A DNA stretch of 61,893 bases from Burkholderiales bacterium. GTDB taxonomy: Bacteria; Pseudomonadota; Gammaproteobacteria; Burkholderiales; SG8-41. How positions within the stretch are numbered: the first letter of the stretch is position 1; each line of letters opens with the position of its first letter. The stretch spans positions 1 to 61,893 of the forward strand of contig JBIOVQ010000087.1 in the NCBI GenBank assembly GCA_044867805.1, written 5' to 3'. The position numbers were made by a program, and so were the translations under genes. Shown piece by piece: positions 1 through 8,390 of this stretch. A model generated the notes under the pieces. That model searched no databases. It saw nothing but the letters and a program-made list of their open reading frames with translations, and had not been told where the DNA came from.

Positions 1-2
1 CG

Positions 3-152
3 GGCTCGACGCTCGCTATCCCCGCCGGCGCCCGTCACTACGGCCAGAATGCAGGAAGCGAGCCCGTTCTCAATCTCGATATCTTCCCGGTGCGCCGCGA
101 GGAGCTTCTGAGGCGCTCGGTGAAAAAAGCCTCCGGCTCGAATAACATCTAG
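3..152 (+). CDS. 3' fragment of a gene truncated by the window edge (possible cupin-fold C-terminus)
   Basis: Frame 3 is open from the window edge to TAG 150-152. GSTLAIPAGARHYGQNAGSEPVLNLDIF resembles a cupin IPxGxxHxxxN strand. Only 49 codons are visible. Confidence 0.3.
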   Translation, partial: GSTLAIPAGARHYGQNAGSEPVLNLDIFPVRREELLRRSVKKASGSNNI

Positions 153-156
153 CTCG

Positions 157-201
157 CCGTATCTGGGACGCCTTATCTGGGACGCAGTATCTGGGACGCT
201 G
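157..201 (+). repeat. 3 x 14-nt tandem repeat (NN-TATCTGGGACGC)
   Basis: ATCTGGG recurs at 161, 175 and 189. A degenerate copy lies at 313-340. Confidence 0.85.
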
Positions 202-353
202 CGGCCTCCGACATTCCAGCATAATTGGGAGCCATGCCGCGTCGGCCGCCGAGCGCCACCGGGGGTCGCATCCCCGAGCAAGACTCGGGGCCCCTGCTCA
301 GCCCCTCGGCGCTCACCTGGGACGCACTATCTAGGACGCAGTACCGGCGAGAG

Positions 354-1109
354 ATGATCCCCCCGAGACTTTCCTTCGTGACCTACAACATCTGGGCGAC
401 GAAACGCTGGCCCGCGCGCGAGCCGGCGTTGCGGCGCTTTCTCGATTTGTTCGCTCCCGACGTGCTCTGCCTGCAGGAACTGCAGCCGACCACGCAGGCG
501 TTTCTCGACACCGCACTGCCGGAGCACGACAGGGTTCGCGACCCGTTGCCGGGCTGGACCAATGAAAGCAACATCTACTGGGACAGAAACATCCTGGAGA
601 AGGCGGCGCATGGGGCCGAGGAGATCGGGCATATCGAGCCGGAGCGCCGCCTGTTCTGGGCGCGGCTTCGGCTGAAGCAATCAGGGCGCACGGTGTTTGT
701 CTCGACGGCGCACCTCTCGACGACGGGCTACGCGGAAGAGATGGAGACCGGCAAGTCTCCCAGGGTGCGCCAGCTATACCGCGTCGCAGAGGAGCTCAAG
801 CGCCTGGTGCAGGACGGCGAGCCTGCTTTCTTCATGGGGGACATGAACGATCCCCGCCATCCCCAGCGCATTCTGAAGCAGGCCGGGTACATCAGCTGCT
901 TCGCCGCCCTGGGACTGCAGAGCCCGCCGACGTACCAATGCTATCCGACAGCGGGCATCGAGCCGGGCGAAAACACGAGAACGGAGGCAATCGACCTCAT
1001 AGTCGCAAACCGCCACGCGCGAGCGATCGCCGCTGCCGTTCCTCACTGCTACGCCCAGGACATGGCGCCGTCCGACCACTGGCCGGTCCAGGCGGTGTAC
1101 CAGCTATAG
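354..1109 (+). CDS. endonuclease/exonuclease/phosphatase (EEP) family protein
   Basis: ORF 225-1109 has motifs FVTYNIW, LCLQELQ and SDHWPV typical of the EEP fold. Start moved to ATG 354 because codons 225-353 run through the intergenic TATCTGGGACGC-type repeat (313-340). Confidence 0.8.
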   Translation: MIPPRLSFVTYNIWATKRWPAREPALRRFLDLFAPDVLCLQELQPTTQAFLDTALPEHDRVRDPLPGWTNESNIYWDRNILEKAAHGAEEIGHIEPERRLFWARLRLKQSGRTVFVSTAHLSTTGYAEEMETGKSPRVRQLYRVAEELKRLVQDGEPAFFMGDMNDPRHPQRILKQAGYISCFAALGLQSPPTYQCYPTAGIEPGENTRTEAIDLIVANRHARAIAAAVPHCYAQDMAPSDHWPVQAVYQL

Positions 1110-1141
1110 CCGCCAGCCGTCAGCCGTCAGCATTCAGACAA

Positions 1142-1885
1142 ATGAAGTATCTGCGTTCATCGGCGTTCATCGGCGTCGTCGTGCTCGCGCTGGCGGGCGC
1201 CAGCTTCGCGCAGCGGGCGAACCCGCCCGATCCTGACGACGTCGCGCGGCGCGTCGCCGCGCTGACGAGCGAGTTTCGGGAGCAGGAAGGCCGCGGGAAG
1301 CTCGCGACCAGCGCGCAGCTCACGGCGGCGGCGCGCTATTTCGCCGAGTACCTGGGGCAGGCGGAGCAATTCAGCCACGACGCCGACGGCAGCTCGCCGA
1401 TTGCGCGGGCGCAGCAGCACGGCTACGACTCCTCCTGTGTCTGGGAGAACATCGCTCATCGCTACAGCCGCCCCGCGCCCGCTCCCGGCGCGCTGGCGCA
1501 GGCATTCGTCGAAGGGTGGAAGCAATCTCCGCGGCACCGCCAGAACATGCTCGAGGCCGATGCGACCGAGACGGGCATGGCCGTGGCCCCCGGCAAGGAC
1601 GGTCATCACTACGCGGTCCAGATGTTCGGCCGGCCGGCATCGCAGGTCATCGAGTTCAGGATCATCAATCGCACCGGCTCCAGGCTCGGCTACCGTCTCG
1701 GCGACCAGACTTTCCCGCTCAACCCGATGGAGACCCGCACGCACAAGCAGTGCAGGACCGAAGAGCTGACATTCAATTTCCCCCGGCAGACCCGGAGCGC
1801 CGCCTTCCGGCCCAAGCGGGGGGACCGATTCGCGGTGGTGCGGCTCGACTCCGGCGAGTTCGGAGTGGCGGCGCCGGAAAAGTAG
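1142..1885 (+). CDS. secreted CAP/SCP (YkwD-like) domain protein with about 85 aa C-terminal extension
   Basis: ATG 1142 gives signal peptide MKYLRSSAFIGVVVLALAGASFAQ. GYDSSCVWENIA, GWKQSPRHRQNML and YAVQMFG match the CAP/PR-1 signature. The listed ORF start at 938 overlaps the upstream gene. Confidence 0.8.
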   Translation: MKYLRSSAFIGVVVLALAGASFAQRANPPDPDDVARRVAALTSEFREQEGRGKLATSAQLTAAARYFAEYLGQAEQFSHDADGSSPIARAQQHGYDSSCVWENIAHRYSRPAPAPGALAQAFVEGWKQSPRHRQNMLEADATETGMAVAPGKDGHHYAVQMFGRPASQVIEFRIINRTGSRLGYRLGDQTFPLNPMETRTHKQCRTEELTFNFPRQTRSAAFRPKRGDRFAVVRLDSGEFGVAAPEK

Positions 1886-1900
1886 CGGCATACTCTTTAG

Positions 1901-1950
1901 CCGTCAGCCGCCAGTCAACCACGAATCACTAATCACTAATCACGAATCGC
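1901..1950 (+). repeat. heptamer arrays CCGTCAG/CCGCCAG, then CACGAAT/CACTAAT
   Basis: Direct reading. The CACGAAT family recurs at 20855-20885, 23390-23425 (reverse complement) and 30893-30918. Confidence 0.8.
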
Positions 1951-1961
1951 GCTGTTCCAGC

Positions 1962-2966
1962 ATGAAAAAAAACGGCTGGGGTCTCATCGGCACGGGCCGG
2001 ATCGCGGAGGAGCGCATACTGCCGGCGATCAACGCCCACGCGGGCAACCGGCTCGCCGGCGTGGTAAGCCGCGACCGGGAGCGCGCCGATGCGTTCGCGA
2101 AGAGGTTCAAGGCGGAGCGCGCGTACACGAGCTACGACGAGCTGCTGCGCGACCCCGACGTCACGGTGGTCGCGATCCACACTCCCAACGCCCAGCACGC
2201 CGCCCAGGCGATCGCCGCCGCGCGCGCCGGCAAGCACGTCTTCTGCGACAAGCCGATGGCGACCAGCGTCGCCGATGCCGAGCGGGTGGTGCGCGAATGC
2301 GAGAAAGCCGGCGTCAAGCTGGGCGTGAACTTCCACAACCGCTACATGCCGAGCTACATAGAGGCCCGCCGCCTCGTTGCGAGCGGCGCGATCGGCGAAG
2401 CGCGGCTCGTCCAGCTCGAGACCAGCCCCGGCGCCCGCTCCGGGGAGCGCGCCGGGACCTGGCGCCTCGACGCGGCGCTGGCGGGCCTCGGCACGACCTA
2501 CAGCATCGGCGTGCACGTCTTCGATATCCTGCGCTACCTGCTGGGCTCGGAAGTCACGATGGTGTCGGCGTTCTTCGATACCGCGCCCGGCGTCATGGAA
2601 GGCGTCAACCTCTCCACGCTGCGCTTCGCGAACGGCGTCCTTGCCCAGGTGAGCGTGCACGAGACGGCGCCGCTGCCCCGCAACGATTTCGTGATCTACG
2701 GCAGCAAAGGCCGCATCGTGGGGCAGGGCCTCACGCGCAGCCGCGCGGCGGGCAGGCTGGAGGTCACGACGGCCGACGGCCGGACGAGCGTCACCGAGTT
2801 CGCGGTCACGGACGCGCATGCAGCGGCGGTGGCCGCGTTCAGCGACGCCCTCATCGAGGGCCGCGAGCCCGTGCCGTCGGGCCTCGACGGGCTGCGCAGC
2901 GCGCAGCTCACCGAAGCCATGGCACGATCGGCCGCGGACGGCGTGCACGTGCGGATGGCATACTAA
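1962..2966 (+). CDS. Gfo/Idh/MocA family oxidoreductase
   Basis: N-terminal Rossmann motif GLIGTGRIA, plus VAIHTPNAQHA and FCDKPMA motifs. 334 aa, the usual length. Confidence 0.9.
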   Translation: MKKNGWGLIGTGRIAEERILPAINAHAGNRLAGVVSRDRERADAFAKRFKAERAYTSYDELLRDPDVTVVAIHTPNAQHAAQAIAAARAGKHVFCDKPMATSVADAERVVRECEKAGVKLGVNFHNRYMPSYIEARRLVASGAIGEARLVQLETSPGARSGERAGTWRLDAALAGLGTTYSIGVHVFDILRYLLGSEVTMVSAFFDTAPGVMEGVNLSTLRFANGVLAQVSVHETAPLPRNDFVIYGSKGRIVGQGLTRSRAAGRLEVTTADGRTSVTEFAVTDAHAAAVAAFSDALIEGREPVPSGLDGLRSAQLTEAMARSAADGVHVRMAY

Positions 2967-3070
2967 AACAGCCGCCGGATGCTAGACGCCAGCCGCCAGT
3001 ATGCGAGCGAATTACAGCGTCCCAGATGAGGCGTCCAACGGGCTATGCGTTGATGGAGGAGGCTGGGCAC

Positions 3071-3132
3071 GCTTTACCGCGTCACGCCTGTCCGCGTCAC
3101 GCTCTATCGCGTCACGCAGTATCGTGTCACGC
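3071..3132. repeat. 4 x 15-nt tandem repeat (CGCGTCACGC + 5 nt)
   Basis: GTCAC recurs at 3081, 3096, 3111 and 3126. The last unit contains the stop codon of the minus-strand LldD-like gene. Confidence 0.85.
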
Positions 3133-4302
3133 TTTCCGGCCAGCGCGAAACGCGAAGATGTGCGGGCCGATCTCGGAAACCCGCCGCGCGCCCACGTAGC
3201 CGAAGGTCCGCTCCATTTCACCCGCGAGTATCTTGATAGCCCTCGCCGCGCCCGCTTGCCCGCCGCATGCGGTGCCGTAGAGCGTCGCTCTTCCGATCAG
3301 CACCATCCGGGCGCCGAGCGCCAGCGCCTTGACTATGTCGCTGCCCCGGCGGATGCCGCTGTCGAGCATGACGGTGCAGCGGTCGCCGACTGCCTCCACG
3401 ATCTCCGGCAGGATGTCCATGGTGGCTACGGCGCTGTCGAAGGCGCGTCCGCCGTGATTGGACACGACCACGCCGTCGGCGCCCGCATCGACGGCGGCCC
3501 GCGCCTGGTCAGCGCTCAGTATGCTCTTGACGACGAGCTTGCCCGGCCAGAAGTCGCGGAATTTCTTGATATGTTCCCAGGTCATCGCCTGGAACGCCTT
3601 CGGACGCACGCGCTTCTTGCCATCGAGGATGGTATGGCGGTAGCGCTGGGGAAAATTGGCGTTGGTGGGCATGCCTTCGTTCACGAGGTACCTGCGCAGC
3701 ACGCGCCACATCCAGCCGGGATGCATCATCATGTCCACCGCCGCTGTGACGTTGGGGCGGAACGGAAAGGAGTAGCCGTTGCGCTCGTTGTGCTCGCGCC
3801 CGCGACCCGGTGCCTGGTCGATCGTCACCATCAGGACTTCCCAGTTGAGGTCGCGCGCACGCGCGACCATTTCGTAGGAGCCTTCCTCATCCTCCCAGGG
3901 GTAGAGCTGGAACCACTTGCGTGCATCGGGCACTGCCGTGGTCAGTTCTTCCATGGAGGTCAGCGCACCCGTGGCGAGCGTAAAAGGAATGCCCGCCGCG
4001 GCAGCGGCCTTCGCGAGCTCAACCTCCCCCCGATACCACATCAGTCCGCTGCTGCCGGTGGGAGCGATACCGAACGGCAGCTCGATCCGCCTGCCGAAGA
4101 TCTCGGTGCCGAGGTCGCGCTTCGACCAATTGTTGAGAAAGCGCGTGCGCAGCTTGATGCGCTGAAACGCCGCCCGGTTCTCCTCGAGCGAAATCCCGTC
4201 CTCGGTGCCCTTGTCGACGTATTCGAAGATCCCCCTGGGCAGGCGACGCTTCGCAACCTCGCGCAGATCGAAGATGTTGTAGCAGCGATCCAGGTCTGTC
4301 AT
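3127..4302 (-). CDS. FMN-dependent alpha-hydroxy-acid dehydrogenase/oxidase (LldD / glycolate-oxidase family)
   Basis: AKRRLPRGIFEYVDKGTEDG and VVVSNHGGRAFD are family hallmarks. ATG at 4302 (MTDLDR) or 4350 are alternative starts. Confidence 0.85.
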   Translation of the reverse strand: MTDLDRCYNIFDLREVAKRRLPRGIFEYVDKGTEDGISLEENRAAFQRIKLRTRFLNNWSKRDLGTEIFGRRIELPFGIAPTGSSGLMWYRGEVELAKAAAAAGIPFTLATGALTSMEELTTAVPDARKWFQLYPWEDEEGSYEMVARARDLNWEVLMVTIDQAPGRGREHNERNGYSFPFRPNVTAAVDMMMHPGWMWRVLRRYLVNEGMPTNANFPQRYRHTILDGKKRVRPKAFQAMTWEHIKKFRDFWPGKLVVKSILSADQARAAVDAGADGVVVSNHGGRAFDSAVATMDILPEIVEAVGDRCTVMLDSGIRRGSDIVKALALGARMVLIGRATLYGTACGGQAGAARAIKILAGEMERTFGYVGARRVSEIGPHIFAFRAGRKA

Positions 4303-4383
4303 CGTGGTCCCCTCGCTTTCGACTCTAGCGTCGGCCTGGCACTCGGTCAATCAACCGGCTCCGGCCCTGCGTAACCTGTCGCG

Positions 4384-4670
4384 AGCCGTCAGCCCTCAGC
4401 CGTCAGGCATCAGCTACAAGCCACAAGCTGCAAGCTACAAGCGGCTTGAAGCTTGTGGCTTGAAGCTTGGAGCTTCCGCTAGGCGGAGCCTCTGCACTCG
4501 GAACTCAGCACTCAGCACTGACAACTGACGTCTGGCGTCTGAAAGCTGGCATACTCGTCATCGAAACGGCAGGGCGGAAGGCGAAAGCAGGAAGGCGGAA
4601 GGGGCTCGCCGTATCTGGGACGCATCATCTGGGACGCCGTATCTGGGACGCTGTATCTGGGACGCTTTGT
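4384..4670. repeat. about 290 bp of phase-locked heptanucleotide repeats spanning several families (AGCCGTC, AGCTACA, TGAAGCT, ACTCAGC, GGCGGAA, then 14-mers containing TATCTGGGACGC)
   Basis: Read in 7-nt steps from 4384, the register is preserved across about 40 units. The AGCTACA/TGAAGCT halves are mutually complementary and can form a hairpin. Confidence 0.85.
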
Positions 4671-4684
4671 CAGGGATTACCGGC

Positions 4685-5194
4685 ATGAAGTCGACAACGA
4701 AAGAATGGCTGCCCGTGCTGTGCGCGATGGCGGCGCTGGGAGCAGGCGCCGCTCGGGCCCAGGACGCGACGCATGCCGTGAAGGTGATGACGCCCGAGAC
4801 CGCGCTGAAGGCCGCGCAGGCCGCGCTCAAGAAATGCCGCGACGACGGGTTCCAGGTCACGGTCGCGGTGGTCGACCGCAGCGGCGTGACGCAGGTCGTG
4901 CTGCGCGACCGCTTCGCCGGTCCGCATACCGTCACCATGGCGGAGGACAAGGCGTGGACGGCGGTCAGCTTTCGAACTCCCACGGGCGAGCTGGCAAAGG
5001 CGACTCAGCCGGGTTCCCCGCAGAGCGGTATCCGCAACCGCCCCCGCGTCGCGGCGGTGGCCGGCGGATTGCCGATCGAGAGCGACGGCGCGCTCGTGGG
5101 CGGCATCGGCGTCTCCGGCGCACCGGGCGGCGATCGCGACGACGCGTGCGCCAGGGCGGGCATAGCCGCGATTCGCGACAGCCTGGCGTTCTAG
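4685..5194 (+). CDS. GlcG/HbpS-like (haem-degrading, DUF336) protein, secreted
   Basis: Signal peptide MKSTTKEWLPVLCAMAALGAGAARA. AVVDRSGV, AEDKAWTAVSF and GGIGVSGAPGGDRDDACA are typical GlcG motifs. Confidence 0.75.
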   Translation: MKSTTKEWLPVLCAMAALGAGAARAQDATHAVKVMTPETALKAAQAALKKCRDDGFQVTVAVVDRSGVTQVVLRDRFAGPHTVTMAEDKAWTAVSFRTPTGELAKATQPGSPQSGIRNRPRVAAVAGGLPIESDGALVGGIGVSGAPGGDRDDACARAGIAAIRDSLAF

Positions 5195-5265
5195 ATGCCG
5201 TTCCCGACGACGCCCGCAGGATCGTGCGGACTGAATAGGGTTAGACTCGTCACTTGCACCTGACC

Positions 5266-6147
5266 ATGCAAGCAACCGAAACCCTGGACATCGTCCCCAC
5301 CGGCGCGGCGCTGGGCGCCGAGATCCGCGGCGTGGATCTCGCACGGGCGCTCGATGCGGCGACGTTCCGGCAGATAGAGGCAGCGTTCGACACCCACGGG
5401 GTGATCTTCTTCCGCGATCAGCGCATCACGGTCGGGCAGCAGATCGCCTTCGCCCGGCGCTTCGGCGAAGTCGAGATCAACGTCAACACGCAGGCGTGCC
5501 TGCCGGGTCATCCCGAGGTGCTGCTGGTCTCGAACATCAGGGAAAACGGCCGCTACATCGGGCTCGCCGACGCGGGCACCACGTGGCACACCGACATGTC
5601 GGCATACGCCTGTCCGCCGCGCTGCTCGATACTCCATGCAGTCGAGGTGCCGCGCGGCCTGGACGGGACGGTCCTGGGCGACACGATCTTCACCAGCGCG
5701 GCTGCTGCCTACGACGCGCTGGCGCCGGACCTGAAGTCGCGGCTCGCGGGGAAGCGCTCGACCCACAGCTACCTGGCGAAGATGAAGGCGCGCGAGGCGG
5801 CGGTCGGATTGACGCGCGAGATCACGCCCGAGCACCTGCAAAAGACCCCGCCGGTCGCGCACCCGGTGTTCCGCACGCACCCGGTCACCGCCCGCAAGTG
5901 CATCTACGTCACCGAGGGCGAATGCACCGGCATAGAGGGCATGACCGAGGCCGAAGCGCTGCCGCTCGTAGCCGAGCTGCACCGGCACCTGATCTCCCCG
6001 CGGTTCCAGTACCGCCACCGCTGGCGCGTCGGCGACGTGCTCATGTGGGACAACTGCACCTGCCAGCACCTTGCGGTGCGAGACTACGGCGAGGACCAGC
6101 GCCGGCTCATGCACCGCGTGACGGTGAACGGGTCGGTGCCTTTCTAA
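5266..6147 (+). CDS. TauD/TfdA family Fe(II)/2-oxoglutarate dioxygenase
   Basis: LGAEIRGVDL, GVIFFRDQ, FARRFGE, TWHTDMSAY and MWDNCTCQH motifs. ATG 5266 preferred over TTG 5254. Confidence 0.85.
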   Translation: MQATETLDIVPTGAALGAEIRGVDLARALDAATFRQIEAAFDTHGVIFFRDQRITVGQQIAFARRFGEVEINVNTQACLPGHPEVLLVSNIRENGRYIGLADAGTTWHTDMSAYACPPRCSILHAVEVPRGLDGTVLGDTIFTSAAAAYDALAPDLKSRLAGKRSTHSYLAKMKAREAAVGLTREITPEHLQKTPPVAHPVFRTHPVTARKCIYVTEGECTGIEGMTEAEALPLVAELHRHLISPRFQYRHRWRVGDVLMWDNCTCQHLAVRDYGEDQRRLMHRVTVNGSVPF

Positions 6148-6179
6148 GCCGCCAGCCGTCAGCCGTCAGCCGTCAGCGT

Positions 6180-6245
6180 AAACACTCGACGCAAAGGCGC
6201 AAAGCCGCAAAGAGCCCCCTCCTGCCTTCCCCTCCTTGCCAGTTA
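6180..6245. repeat. composite REP-like repeat (AAACACTCGACGCAAAGGCGCAAAGCCGCAAAG + CCCCTCCTGCC...)
   Basis: The 34-nt AAACACTCGACGCAAAGGCGCAAAGCCGCAAAGA is repeated at 13985-14018. The CCCCTCCTGCC...GGTGACGGGGTGGTGG module recurs at about 14070-14152 and 42948-43032. Confidence 0.7.
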
Positions 6246-6396
6246 GGGCCGGTTTTGGCGCTTGGAAGCGCATTTTCCAGCCCAAAAAGGCCCCCCTAAG
6301 TCCTCGACCCTCGACCCTCGACCCCCACCCTCGTCGCTAAGGCATACTCGTCAGTCGTCGGTCATCCGTCGTCACCACCGTAAGGGAGGAGTAACC

Positions 6397-7314
6397 ATGT
6401 TCACACGACGCAAGTTCCTGGGAACGACGTTGGGCGCCGGCGTGGCGCTGGCAACAACCGGCTGCGCCACACGGCCCGCGGGCAAGCGCATGATCGTGGA
6501 TTCGCAGGTGCATTTGTGGAAGGCCAGTTCGCCGGACTATCCGTGGAACCCCGGCGCCACGCCGCAGCTGCCGGAACCGTTCACCATCGAGCGCGCGCTG
6601 CCGCTGATGGACGAGGCCGGCGTGGACCGCGTCATCGTGGTGCCCCCGGGCCTGAACGACGTCAACACCTACGCCCTCGAAGCGGCCCGGCGTTATCCCA
6701 ACCGCTTTGCGGTCATGGGCCGCATCCGGCTGCAGGACCCGAAATCGGCCGCGCTGCTGCCGGGTTGGAAGAAGCAGCCGGGCATGCTTGGCGTGCGCGT
6801 GACCTTCATCGGAAAGGACGCCGCGTGGCTCGACGACGGGACGGCGAACTGGTTCTGGCCGGCGGCGGAGAAGGCCGGGGTGACTGTCATGGTCCTCACG
6901 TTCGGCATGTCGCCGAAGTTGGCTCCGATCGCGGAGCGCCACCCGGGGCTGCACCTCATCATCGACCACATGGGCGTGAACGCCGCCATCACCAAGGCGG
7001 GGCGGTTGCCGCAGGCCATCGACGATGCCGTGGCGCTCGCCCGCTTTCCGAACGTCAGCGTCAAGATTTCAAACCTGGTAAACGGGTCGCTGGAGCCCTA
7101 TCCGTTCCGCGACCTGGCGCCTCATCTGCGCCGGGTGTTCGACGCCTTCGGGCCGCGGCGCTGCTACTGGGGGACCGACCTGACGCAAGCCAACGCCCGT
7201 GCGACCTGGCGCCAGCGCGTCACCCACATCACGGAAACGCTGGACTTCCTGTCCGAGAGCGACAAAGACTGGGTGATGGGCCGCGCCATCCTTGAGCGGC
7301 TCAAGTGGGCATGA
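6397..7314 (+). CDS. amidohydrolase-2 (TIM-barrel metal hydrolase) family protein with Tat-like signal
   Basis: RBS AAGGGAGGA precedes ATG 6397. MFTRRKFLGTTLGAGVALATTGCA is a twin-arginine-type leader. IVDSQVHLW and IIDHMG are amidohydrolase-2 metal motifs. Confidence 0.8.
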   Translation: MFTRRKFLGTTLGAGVALATTGCATRPAGKRMIVDSQVHLWKASSPDYPWNPGATPQLPEPFTIERALPLMDEAGVDRVIVVPPGLNDVNTYALEAARRYPNRFAVMGRIRLQDPKSAALLPGWKKQPGMLGVRVTFIGKDAAWLDDGTANWFWPAAEKAGVTVMVLTFGMSPKLAPIAERHPGLHLIIDHMGVNAAITKAGRLPQAIDDAVALARFPNVSVKISNLVNGSLEPYPFRDLAPHLRRVFDAFGPRRCYWGTDLTQANARATWRQRVTHITETLDFLSESDKDWVMGRAILERLKWA

Positions 7315-7389
7315 ACGAATAGCGTGCGCGACCGGGCCGGGTCCATTGTCGATGAACCGTGAGCCCGGCCTCAATTAACCCCAGATGGG

Positions 7390-7478
7390 GCGTCCCAGAT
7401 ACGGCGTCCCAGATACAGCGTCCCAGATACGGCGCGCAGTACCTGAGACGCTTCACCTGGGACGCAGTACCTGAGACG
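7390..7478. repeat. 14-nt repeat family in inverted arrangement (3 x GCGTCCCAGATA, then GCAGTACCTGAGACG / CACCTGGGACG units)
   Basis: Direct reading. The left half is the reverse complement of the family seen at 157-201, 4607-4666 and 25667-25737. Confidence 0.8.
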
Positions 7479-7525
7479 ATACCGGACGCCAGTCGGCAGT
7501 CTTCATGTTCGGGGAGGGCGGGGTC

Positions 7526-7939
7526 ATGGAACACGTCGGGGTAGGGCTGCGCGCCGTGGCGGCGCTGATCGATACCGCTTTGCTTTTTGTCGTCGGCTAT
7601 CTCATCGCGCTCGGCACTGGCGGCGCCACGGCGGGCGGCTTTCACCTCGAGGGCGCTCCGTTCGCCGCCTGGCTCCTCATCGCGCTCGCCTACTACATCG
7701 TGATGGAGGCGAGGTCCGGAGCGACGCTCGGCAAGCGCCTCATCGGGCTGAAGGTCGTCAGGCTGGAGGGCGGCGCACCGCTCGACTGGCAATCCTCGAT
7801 CGTGCGCAACGTCCTCCGGCTGGTTGACGGTCTCTTTTTCTACCTCGTCGCCGCGCTCCTGGTGTGGACCTCGGCCAGCAAGCAGCGGCTGGGAGACAGG
7901 GTGGCGGGCACCGTGGTGGTTCGGGCTCCGAAAACGTAA
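7526..7939 (+). CDS. RDD family membrane protein
   Basis: GLRAVAALIDTALLFVVGYLI, KRLIGLKVV and RQRLGDRVAGTVVV give an RDD-type topology. ATG 7526 follows the purine-rich GGGGAGGGCGGGG. Confidence 0.75.
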   Translation: MEHVGVGLRAVAALIDTALLFVVGYLIALGTGGATAGGFHLEGAPFAAWLLIALAYYIVMEARSGATLGKRLIGLKVVRLEGGAPLDWQSSIVRNVLRLVDGLFFYLVAALLVWTSASKQRLGDRVAGTVVVRAPKT

Positions 7940-7963
7940 CGTGACTCGGAATCGGGAGGAAGC

Positions 7964-8380
7964 ATGACTATGAATCGCATCATCGTACGGATTGGATCAG
8001 CCATTGCCGGTGGAGCGTTGCTCGCCGCGGCAGCGTGGGCGGGCGAGCCGCGCTTCGAGGGCCTGGTGCTCTCCGATGCCAAGGGAGGAGCAGCGAAAAA
8101 CGTATTCAGTCCGAAGACGCCCAAGGTCTTCCTGGCCGCGAAGCTGCAGGACATGCCCGCGGGAGCCAAGGTAAAGGTTGTCTGGATTGCCGAGAAAACC
8201 AAGGCGGCGCCGCCCAACTACCAGATCGACGCCACGGAGCACACGACCAGCCGCGGCACGAACAACGCCACCTTTGCGCTGAACGGGCCGAACGCCGGGT
8301 GGCCGGTCGGCGATTACCGCGTCGATCTCTTCATCAACGGAAAGCCGGCTGGAACCCAGCGTTTCAGCGTCAAGCCTTGA
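7964..8380 (+). CDS. secreted hypothetical protein
   Basis: Signal-like N-terminus (IGSAIAGGALLAAAAWAG) and coding-like composition. No family recognised. Confidence 0.55.
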   Translation: MTMNRIIVRIGSAIAGGALLAAAAWAGEPRFEGLVLSDAKGGAAKNVFSPKTPKVFLAAKLQDMPAGAKVKVVWIAEKTKAAPPNYQIDATEHTTSRGTNNATFALNGPNAGWPVGDYRVDLFINGKPAGTQRFSVKP

Positions 8381-8390
8381 CGGACGCACA

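Noticed and set aside
225-353. N-terminal extensions offered by the ORF track. Examples: 225 for the EEP gene, 938 for the CAP gene, 11326 for Bug, 16336 for YciI, 24433 for the oxidoreductase, 28127 for the protease, 39127 for the SBP, 41641 for the ATPase, 52291 for the membrane protein.
   Set aside because: The extensions run through intergenic repeats or overlap the upstream gene. Internal starts carry RBS-like sequences and yield proper signal peptides or family-typical N-termini.
4384-4670. Tandem repeat arrays as possible CRISPR arrays
   Set aside because: The periods are 7, 14 or 15 nt with no unique spacers between repeats, and no cas genes are present. The units are far shorter than CRISPR repeats.
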